64,000 bases of DNA. It comes from Eledone cirrhosa. Taxonomy: Eukaryota. Below, piece by piece: positions 41,346-53,886 of this stretch. Position 1 is the first letter of the stretch; each line of letters opens with the position of its first letter. The translations under genes were made by a program, and so were the position numbers. Below the pieces are notes generated by a model. That model saw nothing but the letters and a program-made list of their open reading frames with translations, did no database searches and was not told the DNA's origin. The stretch covers positions 18,476,001 to 18,540,000 of the forward strand of contig OZ024754.1 of assembly GCA_964016885.1 (NCBI GenBank). Direction: 5' to 3'.

Positions 41346-41689
41346 ATTATTACTCTATATTTACTATATTTTCATGGTAAAGGCTTTACCTCACATAATA
41401 TTGAACCTATGAGATTTTGATATTATTTATGTTGAGAACAATACCTTAACATCAGTATGAGTGGCTGGTTACAGCCGGTTTGAACAGAAAGAGGTGAGAG
41501 AATTCTGGCCGGATATGGCTGGTTTAAATGCTAGAGTGTCAAACAAAGCTGTCATTTTATTGAGCAACAATGTTGCCAAATATATCCATAATCTTGTGGG
41601 TAGAATGTCCAAGTTGAATAATTAAATTGCAGTAAACAGTGTGTATACACATGTGTGTAGGAATGTACACATGTGTGCGTGTGTGGGTG

Positions 41690-41858
41690 ATTAAATCAAC
41701 CCCAGTATGTTACTGGTATTTTATTTTATCATTGGCCCCAAAAGGATGAAAGGCAAAGAGAAGCTTGGCAGGATTTGAACTCAGATCGTAAAGTGGCATA
41801 ACCCTATGCCATAAAGCATGTTGTCTGACGCTCTACTGATTTTGCCAATCCCCCGCTG
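41690..41858 (-). mobile_element. tRNA-derived SINE
   Basis: Reverse complement of the same family (aggatgaaaggcaaag, ggatttgaactcag, tgccaatc). Confidence 0.8.
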
Positions 41859-42879
41859 TCAGAATATTAAAAGGTGAAAGGAAAGGATAGAGATGCATGA
41901 GATATGTAATTCACATTAATCTATTTTCACTTGCAATTAACATAATCTACATTAGTCTGACGACAGCTATATCTCACAGGACTAATTACCAGAGTTGTTT
42001 TAACTGAACAACTGATGGATATATATACACACATACGTATATTTTCATGTGAATATATATATATATATATATGTTTTTCGAAATACACCATGTTGGACAT
42101 TATGCTGCTCTCTACGAAAGTCATCCCTAACCCAAACCCCTTACCTCTCTTTTTCTCTCTCTCATTCATTCCAGTGGTATGAAGCCAGACAGACAGACTT
42201 CTGATTTCTGAAAGGCTAAATGGATTTCTAAATACTTCCAACCTATCCCAGACATCCATAGATTTTCTCCTACAGGTATTTCTCTTTCCCAATTTCAAAA
42301 TGTCCAGTTCACATTATTATTGTTGTTGTTATCATTTGCTGTTCCCACGACGTATATACTTTGACCTTGTTTTTTTGAAATACACCACGTTGGACATTGT
42401 GCCTCTCTCTACGAACGTCATCCCTAACCCAAACCCATTACCTCCCTTTCTCTCATTCATTCACCTCAATGTTTACAAAGCTAGGTGACCATCTTCGAAA
42501 TCCTCGCATATTTGCCTTGTCTAATATGCCTACTTGTACCAGCTTATTTCCCCTAAATCGCCTGTGAAGATAAACACCATGATGGCTACCTAATTCACAA
42601 TTTCCCTCCTACCCACCCCCACTCACCATTATAGGCTATTTGACCAATCAAACCTCAGCAACATGTCCCCACCCATTATCAGCCCCAACAAACTATGCCA
42701 TTACTACTACTATCCTTCTAGCCCTGCACTAAAGAATTCTTTTACCGTTATCTATGGATGAGATGAGGATAAATGGAACAACCCCGAATTAATAAATGAA
42801 TATGAATCTGTGAGTTACCAAGCACCCATGCGAAGCTTCAATTCAGAGACAGGAAGCATACACACACCCCAGCAAAAAT

Positions 42880-45800
42880 TCACCCTTTCCCACGAGTGAT
42901 GGCAAATGGCCAAAACTCCAAGTTGGAACCATCAATATAAGCACAATGAAAGGAAGAGCAGGAGAAATTGTAGAGATGCTAGAGCGAAAGAAAATTGATG
43001 TATGCTGTGTGCAAGAGACTAGATGGAGAGGAGAGTCAGCTAGAGCCCTTGTAGGCAAAAATCAGTGCTACAAATTTTTCTGGGTGGGAAATGACAACAT
43101 GATAGGTGATGTAGGTATACTATTAGCTGACAATTGGGTAGATAAGGTAATCTCAGTGAACAGGGTGAACACAAGAATCATTAAACTCAGACTAGTCCTG
43201 AATAAAACAATTGCTACAATCATATCAGCTTACGCACACCATTCAGGGTTGCCAGACGAACTTAAGGTTAGGTTTTACGAGTCCCTAATGCACACCACTG
43301 CCCTAACAAACAACTGTGACTTCCTAATCATTGCAGGGGACTTTAACGGACACGTTGGGAAACACCTTAACTGCTTCTTTGGAGTCCATGGAGGCTACGA
43401 GTTTGGCACACGAAATGAAGAAAGCTTCAGGCTTCTAGAATTCTGCGACACCAATGACATGTTGATATGTAACACACACTTCAAAAAACCGACAACCATC
43501 TGATCACCTATAGATCAGGGGAGCACTCTAGTCAGATAGATTTTATCCTCATCAGAGGATGAGATAGATGGACGGTTGTAAACACAAAAGCCTCCCAACA
43601 TAACTTAGTTGTCAGTGACCTCATTGTCAGAACTAGACGAACTTGGAAACAGAAAGCAACCTGGAGAAGAAAGATCTGGAAGCTGAAAGACTCCTCAGCC
43701 AGTAACAGATTTAAAGATATCTTACTCGACGTCTATGACAGTAAAGAAGAACAGATAGAGACATTCAATGTAGAAAAGCATTGGGAGTTCCTAAAAAATA
43801 ACTTACTAAAAGTGATGGACGAAATCTGTGGCTGGAGCACGACCACAGGAAGGAGGAGAGTGACTTGGTGGTGGAACAATAAGTTAGATGAGGCAATTAA
43901 GGCTAAGAGACAGGCATGGAAAGAATGGAAGAACAGGGGAAGTAGGGTACATTACATTTACATAGATACCAGGAGGGAAGCTAGGCAACAAGTATACTTG
44001 GCTAGAAGGGAAGCGGAGGACAGAAAATTCAAACATGTTTTGCAGCGTGAGGACCAGAAACAGGAGGTGTTCAGGATTGCGAGGCAGTGTGTTAGAGAGA
44101 ATTGTGATGTCATTGGAGAGAAGTGTGTCCGGAATGATAAAGGTGAGCTTGCCCTCACAAGTGCTGAGAAGAAAGATGCGTGGAAAAGCCATTATGAAAG
44201 ATTACTAAATGAGGAGAATGCATGGGAGAAAGAGCCCTACCCCACGTAGGCCCTATAGAGGGGCTGGCAGTACAAGTCAGCAGCAGCGAAGTAAGTAAGG
44301 CTATTAAAGATATGAAAACTGGGTAGGCAACTAGTCCATTGGATATAGCTGCCGAGATGCTGAAAGCATCTGGGTCGGTAGGTCACACCATAACCACACG
44401 TATTGTTAATCAGGTAACACTAGAGGGTGTCATACCAAAGGATTGGTGCAGCAGCATCATTGTCAACTGCTACAAAGGTAAAGGTGATGCACTTGATAGA
44501 GGAAACTATAGAGGTATAAAGCTGATGGACCAAGCCATGAAAGTAACAGAAAGATTTATAGCACAGTTGATTAGGGACCAGGTAAAACTAGATGAGATGC
44601 AATTTGGGTTTCTGCTAGGAAAGGGCACCACTGATGCCCTCTTCTTTGTGAGGCAGTTACAGGAAAACTAGGAGTTTGGCTTGTGAAAGCTGTACAAGCC
44701 ATATATAGGGGAGCAGTCAGCAAAGTTAGGGTTAACAATGACTATAGCGAGGAATTTAGCGTACAGGTCGGTGTCTACCAGGGCTCCGTTCTTAGCCTTC
44801 TCCTGTTCATTATAGTATTGCAGGCAATGACGGAGGCGTTTAAGACTGGATACCCATGGGAACTCCTGTATGTGGATGATCTCATGCTTATAGCTGAATC
44901 TATCGTAGAACTAGAGAATAAATTCCAAACTTGGAAGCAGGGACTAGAAAGAAAGGGTCTCAAAGTCAACCTGACAAAGACTAAGGTTCTTGTAAGTAGA
45001 CGAGAAAACAGAGCCTAGATCCCCTCAGGGAAATGGCCTTGTTCAGTATGTAGGAAAGGTGTAGGTAGGAATTCCATCCTCTGCTCCAAATGCAAACAAT
45101 GGGTACACAAGAGATGTAGTAGGATCTCAGGAAGCTTAGCTAAGAATGTAGGCTTTACATGTAGCAGCTGCACCGGGACTGCAAGCAGCAAACGGCCACA
45201 AGAAACAAGCACCACCAAACTCTGGTAGAAACAGTAGGCAGCTTTTGCTACCTAGGTGACCGAATTAGCAGCGGAGGTGGGTGTTCGGAAAGTACAATAA
45301 CTAGGGTAAGAATGGAATGGAAGAAGTTCAGGGAGCTACTGCCACTGTTAGCTGCAAAAAGCTTTCCCCTCAAAATGAAAGGCAGACTGTATGGTGTGTG
45401 CATACGAACAGCATGGCAGTGAGGCCTGGGCGTTGTGTGTAGATTAGAGAGAAACAAAGCTTGAATGCTCCGGTTGATGTGTAAAAGTAATATACGCTAA
45501 CGGCAAAGCATAAACGAATTGAGAGAGGAGAGAGACTGAGCATAAGAGGAATCAAATGCTGTGTGCAGGAGAGGAGGTTGCGTTGGTATGGACATGTGAT
45601 GCGTATGAAGGATGACAGCTGCATAAAAAGGTGCAGAGCACTAGAAGTCGATGGAAACCGCGGAGTGGGGAGACCCAAGAAGACAATAAACCCCCACAAC
45701 CTCCCACTGCAAAGTGGTCGTAGAGGTGCCATGGCAAAAAAGCACCCAGCCCACACTGTAAATGAAGTTGGTGTTAGGAAGGGCATCCAGCTGTAGAAAT

Positions 45801-45923
45801 CAAGCCAGAATCAGTTCCTGTATGAGCAAGGCATGGTCAGCCGACCGGACACTGCCCACAACAGGACAACCCGTCTAACCCATGCTAGCGTGGAAGAATG
45901 GACGTAAAAAAGTGAGGATGATG
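42880..45923 (+). mobile_element. Near full-length decayed RTE LINE (third subfamily): APE endonuclease, RT, PHD finger, 3' tail
   Basis: ORF 42946-43503 (CVQETRW, AGDFNGHVG), QIDF, RT fragments 44339-45018 (LLYVDD), internal deletion at ~44670, tail ccgtctaacccatgctagcgtggaa...gatgat. Confidence 0.92.
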
Positions 45924-45939
45924 ATATATATATAGATAT

Positions 45940-48695
45940 ATAATAATAATAATTGTGTCAATAATGATTTCATTTATTAGCCACAAGGGCCGACATGTAG
46001 GGGACAATACAAAGACAGGGACAATGGGGGTTTACAATAAGGTCAATGGCGAGACTAATTTAACAATGAAGATATAAAAATATAAAATAAACTATGCATA
46101 AATATAACAAAATAAATTCCCCAATAGGGGGTGGACGACTCAGGGGTGACTCAGGTACTCCACCAATCCTGAACCACCCTGCGCTTCTAGGGCACCCAGG
46201 GAGAGCACCCCTCTCCTCAAGTTAGCTAGCCTATAGGTGCATGGTCAGAGTAGGCTCATTCACACGGGCCATTCTCGCCACATTCATCCACCTTTTAGCA
46301 AATGTACTGGGGGGCAGCACTTCTCTCTCCACCCTCACCTTCTTTTCCAGGTGAAGTTGATGAGGGATTGGCCGAAGAGAAAAGTGTCTGTCTTCAGTCC
46401 TTTCAATCTGGTCCACCATATAACCTCTTTTGCAACGGCCACTAGACAGAGGAAAATTGCCTGCTCTTCCTGACCTAAAGAAGGCAGCGGGTCGATCTTC
46501 ACTATGGACTCGGCCGATAGCCGGATCCGTTCCCCACGCGACAGTAGCTTTTCGACATAACTGCACAAGTCAGTAATGCACGGACATTGGACAAGTGCGT
46601 GCAGAACGGTTTCGTCGCTCTGTGCGCATCTTAGGCAGGTCCGTCTGACAGCACTTCTGTGCCTGTAGAGTTTATCCCGAACCAGCAGTGCCCCCCGGTA
46701 GCACTGCCAAGCGAGGGATTTCTGGAAATTGTCCATCGTCCTCGGCTCGAAAGTCCTCCGGTACAGACTGGTCAGTTCGACTTCGTTGAGGCCTAAAGCT
46801 TCTCCGAGTGCATCATCACACTTGCCCACCACTAATCCTCTATAGAACTCGAGAGTGGAAGTTCCACTAATCACATTGCCCGCTTGGTAGAGGGCAGTGA
46901 GTGCCTGGCAACATTCCAGGTGCCAGTCACCCAGTCTCGGTCTCTTCTTGACCCAGGATTGCAGCTCAGTCAAAGAAACGAGCTGTGGAAAGGCCCGCCT
47001 GATAAACGGTGACCACACCTGTTCACCGTTTAGGCAGAATATCTGGAGATGTCGCAGCCTCAGCGCATGTCTGCGCATCATTAGTCACGGCATGCCCAGC
47101 CCTCCATGTAGAGGGTGCTGCCAGCAGATGGACCGCCTCACCAACGGAACTTGTCCCCTCCACAAGAATTTGAAGAGGAGCTGTTCCAACTTGACGAGGC
47201 GCAGACGGGGGCAAGGCATGATGGTCAGGCGGTAGTAGATGACGGACGCGATGTACGCCATCGCCACCTCTGCGCGACTTTTCAGTGATAGCTTCCTCCC
47301 AGCCCATTTTTAGGTGAGACTGGCTTCTCTGCTCGTTACCTCGTCCCAATTCTTTTCCACCTGGAGGTTTGGTCCGAATCAAACCCCGAGCAACTTTACT
47401 GGTCCGTCCGTCCAACGCCCCACGACGCTGTTGGACAGCATAGGCTTGCCTCTCCAGGTTCTGAGCTGCAAGCCCACCGACTTTTCCGGGTTAAGTTTGG
47501 CTCCTGTCAACCTTTCATATTCCTTCAATAAGGTGCCGACCACCCCGATTTCTGAGGTGTTCGACACCATCACGGTGATGTCGTCCGCATAAGCCGACAC
47601 CACCTTTCCACGTCCCGGTTCAAGTGGGATGCCCTGCAACAGCTCCAGCTTCCGCAGTAAAGGCTCGAGAGTCAATACGTACAGAAGGGAAGAGAGAGGG
47701 AACCCTTGACGGACCGATCGGGAGAGCCGAAATGGTTCCGAGAGGTGGCCATTAACCTTGACCACCGAGCATGTGCAGCTGTGCATTGCAGCGATCCAGC
47801 TTCTGAAGACAGGGCCGAAGCCAGCTGCTTTGAGGACAAACTCCAGATACCGATGGTCGACCCTATCGAATGCTTTTGATTGGTCTAAACTAAATTGATC
47901 AGTGCCCCACCGAAACCAGGTTTACACCCTACCCTCTCTATGATGTATCGCATGAGGTGGAGATTGTCGTGTATAGACCTGGCTGGGATTGCACAAGTTT
48001 GCGCCTCCCCAACCATATCCTCGACGACAACCACCAATCTCTTTGCTAACACCTTGGCCAAAATCTAAAACTCTGTGTTGAGCAGAGTTATGGGTCTGAA
48101 GTTGTCTAACGTATCCCTCTTGTTCTCATCTTTCCTTATCAGCGTCACCACTCCCCTGCTGGAATACTCCCATTCTGCTGCCAGTTGCAGTAGAGTGCTT
48201 TGAGGAGATCGGAGAACAAGTCTGGCATATTTACATAAAGCTCATAGGGCAGGCCATCCAAACCGGGTGACTTGCGCCTCATGCAGCCGACAAGGGCATC
48301 CTGAATTTCGGCTGAAGTAATCGGCCTTTCGCAGCACTCAGCATTGACCGACGAGATGTGCGGTAAACCGTCAAGGTAGGCACTGAAATCCGCTACTCTC
48401 TCTGACTTGCCACTCTCCCCGAGCAACCGAGCAAAGTGCTGACGAAAGGCCTCACACATCCGCTTGGAATCGCTTATCTCGTGTCCGTCTCGGTCCGCCA
48501 AAGACCGAATTGTGGTTTTATTACCACGCTGCGCCTCCGCCACGCGGGCCCATCGAACAGCTTTGGTTCCCTCGTTTCTCAGTGCACGCGCCTTAGCTCT
48601 GACAATGCAACCTTCGTGTTTCGCATTGAAGAAATGGTCTAATGCCATTCTCGCCGCTAGCAGGTCAGTTGCAATGCCACTACAAATAGCCTAGA
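45940..48695 (-). mobile_element. 5'-truncated L1/Tx1-clade LINE (RT plus C-terminal CCHC zinc finger), disrupted
   Basis: KSPGLDGLPYE, SVRQGFPLS, AYADD and CLRC...ETVLHALVQC. GC-rich body; 3' UTR with AATAAA and (ATT)n tail. Confidence 0.9.
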
Positions 48696-48737
48696 AAAGT
48701 CAACAGTTGACGTGATTTTGTATCAGTACTGACGGTA

Positions 48738-48771
<34 letters not shown>

Positions 48772-48889
48772 TTGTATGCATGAGTGTTGATGTGTGAGTG
48801 GCGTGTGTGTTTGTATGCATGAGTGTTGGTGTGTGAGTGAGTGTGTGTGTGTGTGTGTCGTGAGTGTCAATAGGTGCTGTTTTTTTTTT

Positions 48890-50500
48890 GTATGACCATG
48901 CTGTAAAATGGAGGGGTAGAGAGGGCCCATGAGTCCAGTAAGACATCCTCTCTAGTGCTGGTGGCACAAATAAAAGCACCCAATCCATGCTGTAAAGTGA
49001 TGCTAGTGTTAGGAAGGGCATCCAACCACTGTATCAATGCCAAAACGATTATAAGCACAGGAACAAGTATATAGGAACAACAAAAATATGAAGACATCGC
49101 ATCTCAGAGATGCAACACTTAATGTTGGCACTCTCACAGGTAGATCTGCTGAAATAGCAGAGATGTTGGAGAGAAGGCAGGTGGATGTGTGCTGCGTGCA
49201 AGAGGTGAGATGGAGAGGCGCCTTTGCGAGACTAGTCGCAGGCAAACATCTTAGCTATAAGCTTTTCTGGGTAGGTAAGGATGATGGGTCAGGGGGAGTA
49301 GGCATTTTTCTGGCTGAGAGATGGATCAATAAGACAATAGAGGTAGTTCGAGTTAGTAATCGAATAATTAAGCTTAGATTAGTTGTAGGCAGGAGACTAC
49401 TGACAATCATCTCTGCCTATGTTCCCCAAGCAGGCCTAGGCAAAGAAGAGAAAGACTGCTTTTACGAGCAACTTTTACAAACAACCGCAATGACAGAGGA
49501 CGGAGACATCATTATGCTAGCAGGGCACTTCAATGGTCAAGTTGGACAGCTCCAGGATGGTTACACTGGAGTACATGGTGGGCACGGTTACGGCTCAGGA
49601 AATGAAGGAGTGAGACTTCTTGAACATTGTGATGCAAGTACACTGACTATTTACAACACTAACTTCTAGAAACCTGCCAACCATCTAATAACCTACAAAT
49701 TAGGCGAGCACATAAGCCAGATTGACTTCTTACTAGTTAGGCAGCAGGACAGGCAGATGGTGTCAAATACCAAGGCATATCCTGGGGAAGAATGTACCCC
49801 ACAGCATAGGTTAGTCGTTAGTGATATCTCAGTAAGCAAGAGATGGAATGAGACATACAGGATGGTGTGGAGAAGAAAGGTCAGGAAGCTAAAAGACCTT
49901 TCACTAAAATACAAATTTAGAAAAGCCCTTCAAGATGTGTATGACGAAAAAGAAGACGATTTAGAGTTGCATGACATAGATAATAACTGGAATTTCTTAC
50001 GTGACAACTTACTGCAGGCTACTGATGAAACTTGTGGCTGGAGAAGAGCTCCAACCAGACAGAGAGTGACCTGGTGGTGGAACAGCACAGTAGATAAGGC
50101 CATTAGAGACAAAAGACTAGCATGGAAGGCTTGGAAAAAGGGTGGGAGTAGAGAAGGATATACAGCTACTAAGAGAGAAGCTAGACGTCAGGTGTACTTA
50201 GCACGCAGGGAGGCTGAGAGTAGGAGGTTTGCCAATGTTCTGTGACGGGGAGATCAGAGGCGTGCGGTGTTCCACATTGCAAGGCAGTGTGTCAATGCAC
50301 ATCAAGATGTTGTTGGAGATAAGTGTGTCCGGAATGATGCCGGTGTACTTAGTGTCACGAATGAACAGAAAAAGGAGGCCTGGAAATGTCATTATGAGAG
50401 ACTGATGAATGTGGAGAACGAATGGGAGAGAGAGAAATTACCCTCAGTAGATCCGACAGAGGGACCAGCTATTGAGATTGACGAATATAGGGTCCAAGAG
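48890..50500 (+). mobile_element. RTE family A 5' half (5' UTR, endonuclease, linker)
   Basis: ORFs 49088-49669 (TLNVGTL, CVQEVRW) and 49757-50245; near-identical to 34.4-35.5 kb. Confidence 0.92.
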
Positions 50501-50860
50501 GCCTGCTTGGGGAGCATAGGCAGAGATGATTGTCAGTAGTCTCCTGCCTACAACTAATCTAAGCTTAATTATTCTATTATTAACTCGAACTACCTCTATT
50601 GTCTTATCGATCCATCTCTCAGCCAGGAAAATGCCTACTCCCCCTAACCCATCATCCTTACCTACCCAGAAAAGCTTATAACTAAGATGTTTGCCTGCAA
50701 TTAGTCTTGCTGAGGCACCTCTCCATCTCACCTCTTGCATGCAGCACACATCCACATGTCTTCTCTCTAGCATCTCCACTATCTCACCAGATCTACCTGT
50801 TAGAGTACCAACATTAAGTGTTGCAACTCTGAGATGCGACGTCTTCATATTTTTGTTCCT
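50497..50860 (-). mobile_element. Inverted RTE family A endonuclease N-terminal fragment fused to the previous copy
   Basis: ORF 50444-50899 MKTSHLRVATLNVGTL...SAYAPQAG. Junction at palindromic aggcct. Confidence 0.9.
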
Positions 50861-50892
50861 ATATATATATAAATATATATATAAATAAATAT

Positions 50893-51758
50893 TGGGCATT
50901 GTGTGCAGAGGATATACGCAGACTAGAGAGGAACGAAGCTTGCATGCTCCGCTGGATATGTAATAGTAATATACGTGAACGGCAAAGCATAAATGAACTA
51001 ATGAAAAAATTAGAAATAAGAGGGATCAGATGTTGTTTACTCGAGAGAAGGCTACGTTGGTATGGTCACGTGATGCGCATGAAAGACGACAGCTGTATAG
51101 CAAAGTGCAGGGCAATAAAGTTAGATGGTAGCCACGGAGTAGGCAGACCCAGAAAAACCTGGGACGAGCTGATAAATTCCGACCTCACACACTTACACCT
51201 CTCCAAGACAATGTCACTGGACCGAGACCTTTGGCGGTACTCAGTAATAGAGAAGACCCGCCTTACCTAAATACAAAGTAAAACCTACTACATCAGCAGG
51301 CATCTCTAACAAAATACCCCACCCCCCTCATCCACACCGCCCCTTTCAATGTAAAGTTATGTTGGTGCCACAACATCCAGGCCGAAACATATGAGATCGT
51401 GTAGGTGTCATGACAAAAAAAGCACACAGTCCACGCTGTAATGTGGCGGCCGTGTAGGTAACACGGTAAAAACCTCCCAGTCCCACACTGTAAATGTGGT
51501 TGGTGTTAGGAAGGGCATCCAGCTGTAGAAAACCCGCCAGACAGTCCACGCTGTAATGTGGCCGTGTAGGCAACACGGTAAAAACCTCCTAGCCCCACAC
51601 TGTAAATGTGGTTGGTGTTAGGAAGGGCATCCAACTGTAGAAAACCCGCCAGACAGTCCTATGCGAGCAAGACAACCACTCTTGCCTCAAGTGGTAAAAC
51701 TCCTGTCCAAACCCATGCAAGCGTGGAACATGGACGTTAAACGATGATGATGATGATG
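50893..51758 (+). mobile_element. RTE family B 3' fragment with ~115-bp tandem duplication in the 3' UTR
   Basis: ORF 50899-51270; duplicated acagtccacgctgtaatgtgg...gtagaaaacccgccag block; (GAT)n tail into (TA)n. Confidence 0.9.
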
Positions 51759-51778
51759 ATATATAAATAAATATATAT

Positions 51779-51815
<37 letters not shown>

Positions 51816-51831
51816 AATATATATATATATA

Positions 51832-51862
<31 letters not shown>

Positions 51863-52109
51863 TGTTATACTTTGGGAGGGTCATGTTGCCAATAAGAAAC
51901 ACACGCACCAGTTGCTTTCACTTCAATTTATTATATATTTATAAATTTATAAATTTACAAATCTACAAACTTATAAATTTCTGGTTGGTTGGTTGGTTGG
52001 TTCCACAACCAGATAGTTGTTTATATATAGTCATAGTCCTTTCATCACACACTCTGTGACCTCTTCAGTGACTGGGGATTCCTTTCTTTGTTTCTGTGCC
52101 TTTCCTTTC

Positions 52110-52220
52110 TTCTATCCTACGCCATTTTGTTTCTGTGTGTGTGTTGTGTGCTCAGTTTGCGCATGCGCCACATCCGGGTGTCTGTTTCAACACACGGATA
52201 TCGGTTTCAACACACGATTT
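52110..52220 (-). promoter_or_regulatory. Candidate housekeeping-type promoter/TSS (NRF1 and YY1 motifs), possibly of the TRNT1-like gene
   Basis: Perfect GCGCATGCGC (52159-52168) ~30 nt upstream, on the minus strand, of CAAAATGGCG (52129-52120), in non-repetitive sequence. tttcaacacacg occurs twice. Confidence 0.5.
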
Positions 52221-52267
52221 CAGATAAAGAATCTTGCTAAACAAATTCAGAAACGAAATATATATAT

Positions 52268-52300
<33 letters not shown>

Positions 52301-52333
52301 AATATATATATATAAATATATATATATAAATAT

Positions 52334-52554
52334 TAATAATATATGCAGTAATAAACACAGTAAATCGTGTGTCTAATATTACGAGGGTTGAAGAACCACA
52401 TTTGTTTGAAACAGATTAATCGTTATTGAGGCGTTCTGTATATTTTTATCATTCTGTCTGTTTCATGGTTAATCTGTTTCAAACAAATGTGGTTCTTCAA
52501 CCCTCGTAATATTAGACACACGATTTACTGTGTTTATTACTGCATATATTATTA
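52334..52554. repeat. Perfect ~86-bp inverted repeat with 49-bp spacer
   Basis: 52334-52419 is the exact reverse complement of 52469-52554. Confidence 0.92.
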
Positions 52555-52556
52555 TT

Positions 52557-52748
52557 ATAATTGTTTCTACTTTTTGGCACAAGGCCAGCAATTACCCAGT
52601 GCAATACTGGTACTTTATTTTATCGATCTCGTAAGGATGAAAGGCAAAGTTAACCTCGGTGGGATTCAAACTCTGAATGGCAAGGGCCATAACTCTGTGC
52701 ATCAAAGCATAGCGTCCGACCCTCTACCGATACTGCCAATCCACCGCT
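52557..52748 (-). mobile_element. tRNA-derived SINE
   Basis: Same family as 30198 and 41161. Confidence 0.88.
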
Positions 52749-52759
52749 CAGTATTTATA

Positions 52760-52968
52760 CTTTGAATATTTATACGTAGGCATCCTGGTAAATGGATGTT
52801 CCTGATGGTGGTGGGGACGACATCGTTTTTTAGGCAGCGTTTTAGGAAAATAATTTGACAGCCAACTTTGGCCCATTTCTCCGACAGTCTAAAAAGTTCC
52901 CTTACGGATGCAAACAATTCCTGGCTCAGGTGTAAGGATAAGAGAGTATTGAAGTTTGCTTGAAGCAT
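52760..52968 (-). mobile_element. Possible Penelope-like ORF N-terminal remnant
   Basis: MLQANFN...QIIFLKRCLKNDVVP resembles the FLxxC...P N-terminal motif of Penelope-like ORFs (from memory, not searched). Confidence 0.45.
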
Positions 52969-53101
52969 TGTGGGATAATAAAATTGGTTGTTTTGGAAGC
53001 CTCAACAATGCAGATGGGTAAGTCTCCGGGTAACAAAATCAGGTGGTAATGAGACAGATGTAACAGGAAATGTAGAATGAGACGTATAGGGTGTAGAGGA
53101 A

Positions 53102-53276
53102 AGAGTGTAAAAATAATTGTTTCTACTTTTGGCACAAGGCCAGCAATTATCCAGTACATTACTGGTACTTTATTTTATCGACCCTGTAAGGATGAAAGGC
53201 AAAGTTAACCTCGACTTTGCCTTTCATCCTTACAGGGTCGATAAAATAAAGTACCAGTAAAGAGTGTAAAAATAAT
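53102..53276 (-). mobile_element. Truncated SINE with self-templated 47-bp hairpin and 16-bp TSD
   Basis: TSD agagtgtaaaaataat at 53102-53117 and 53261-53276; stem 53159-53205 / 53214-53260. Confidence 0.9.
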
Positions 53277-53300
53277 AACATAAAGTTACCTTGGAAGTGA

Positions 53301-53759
53301 TTTAATTGTCCCTATATTTCGGATTTCGCATCCATCAACTGGGGGTTTTCCGAGGGGGAAAGTTTTTAGTCGGAGAGCAACATGTGGCCTCTGTTGTCTA
53401 CCGTGTGTGTACAACTGAACCACCCTGTGGGGCGCACGGAATAGCTGTGGTCAGACAAAGGTCGAGGCAGTTCTTCTATACTAGAGTAGTGGGATCGTGA
53501 TGTGTCAGTGTGTACGCATCTTTGCTGTCAATTTCTTATATTCAGTCTTTGATACTGGCAGGTGTGGTGTTGTATTGGTTGTAAGCCTGATTGTTGTTTG
53601 TTGGTCGGTGGACAGTGGATACACTATACACACAATAACAATTGTTTGATTGCTACTGTGTGTGTGTGTTGTTGTTGTTTCGTTTATTTACACCGGCCAT
53701 CTCGTCTCACTTCTCTCGGATCGGTTATATGCAAAATCCGAAATATAGGGACAATTAAA
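53301..53759. mobile_element. Segment bounded by ~30-bp inverted repeats (MITE or inverted Penelope pseudo-LTR)
   Basis: tttaattgtccctatatttcggatttcgcat versus atgcaaaatccgaaatatagggacaattaaa. Confidence 0.6.
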
Positions 53760-53813
53760 TATTAAATATCTGTCTGTATGTCTGCATTGACTTCGCTTCT
53801 AACCAACTTTTAA

Positions 53814-53874
<61 letters not shown>

Positions 53875-53886
53875 TATATTCGTGTA

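Noticed and set aside
42070-42465. ~100-bp block repeated about 300 bp apart
   Set aside because: Diverged local duplication with no ORF or structure; nothing further supportable.
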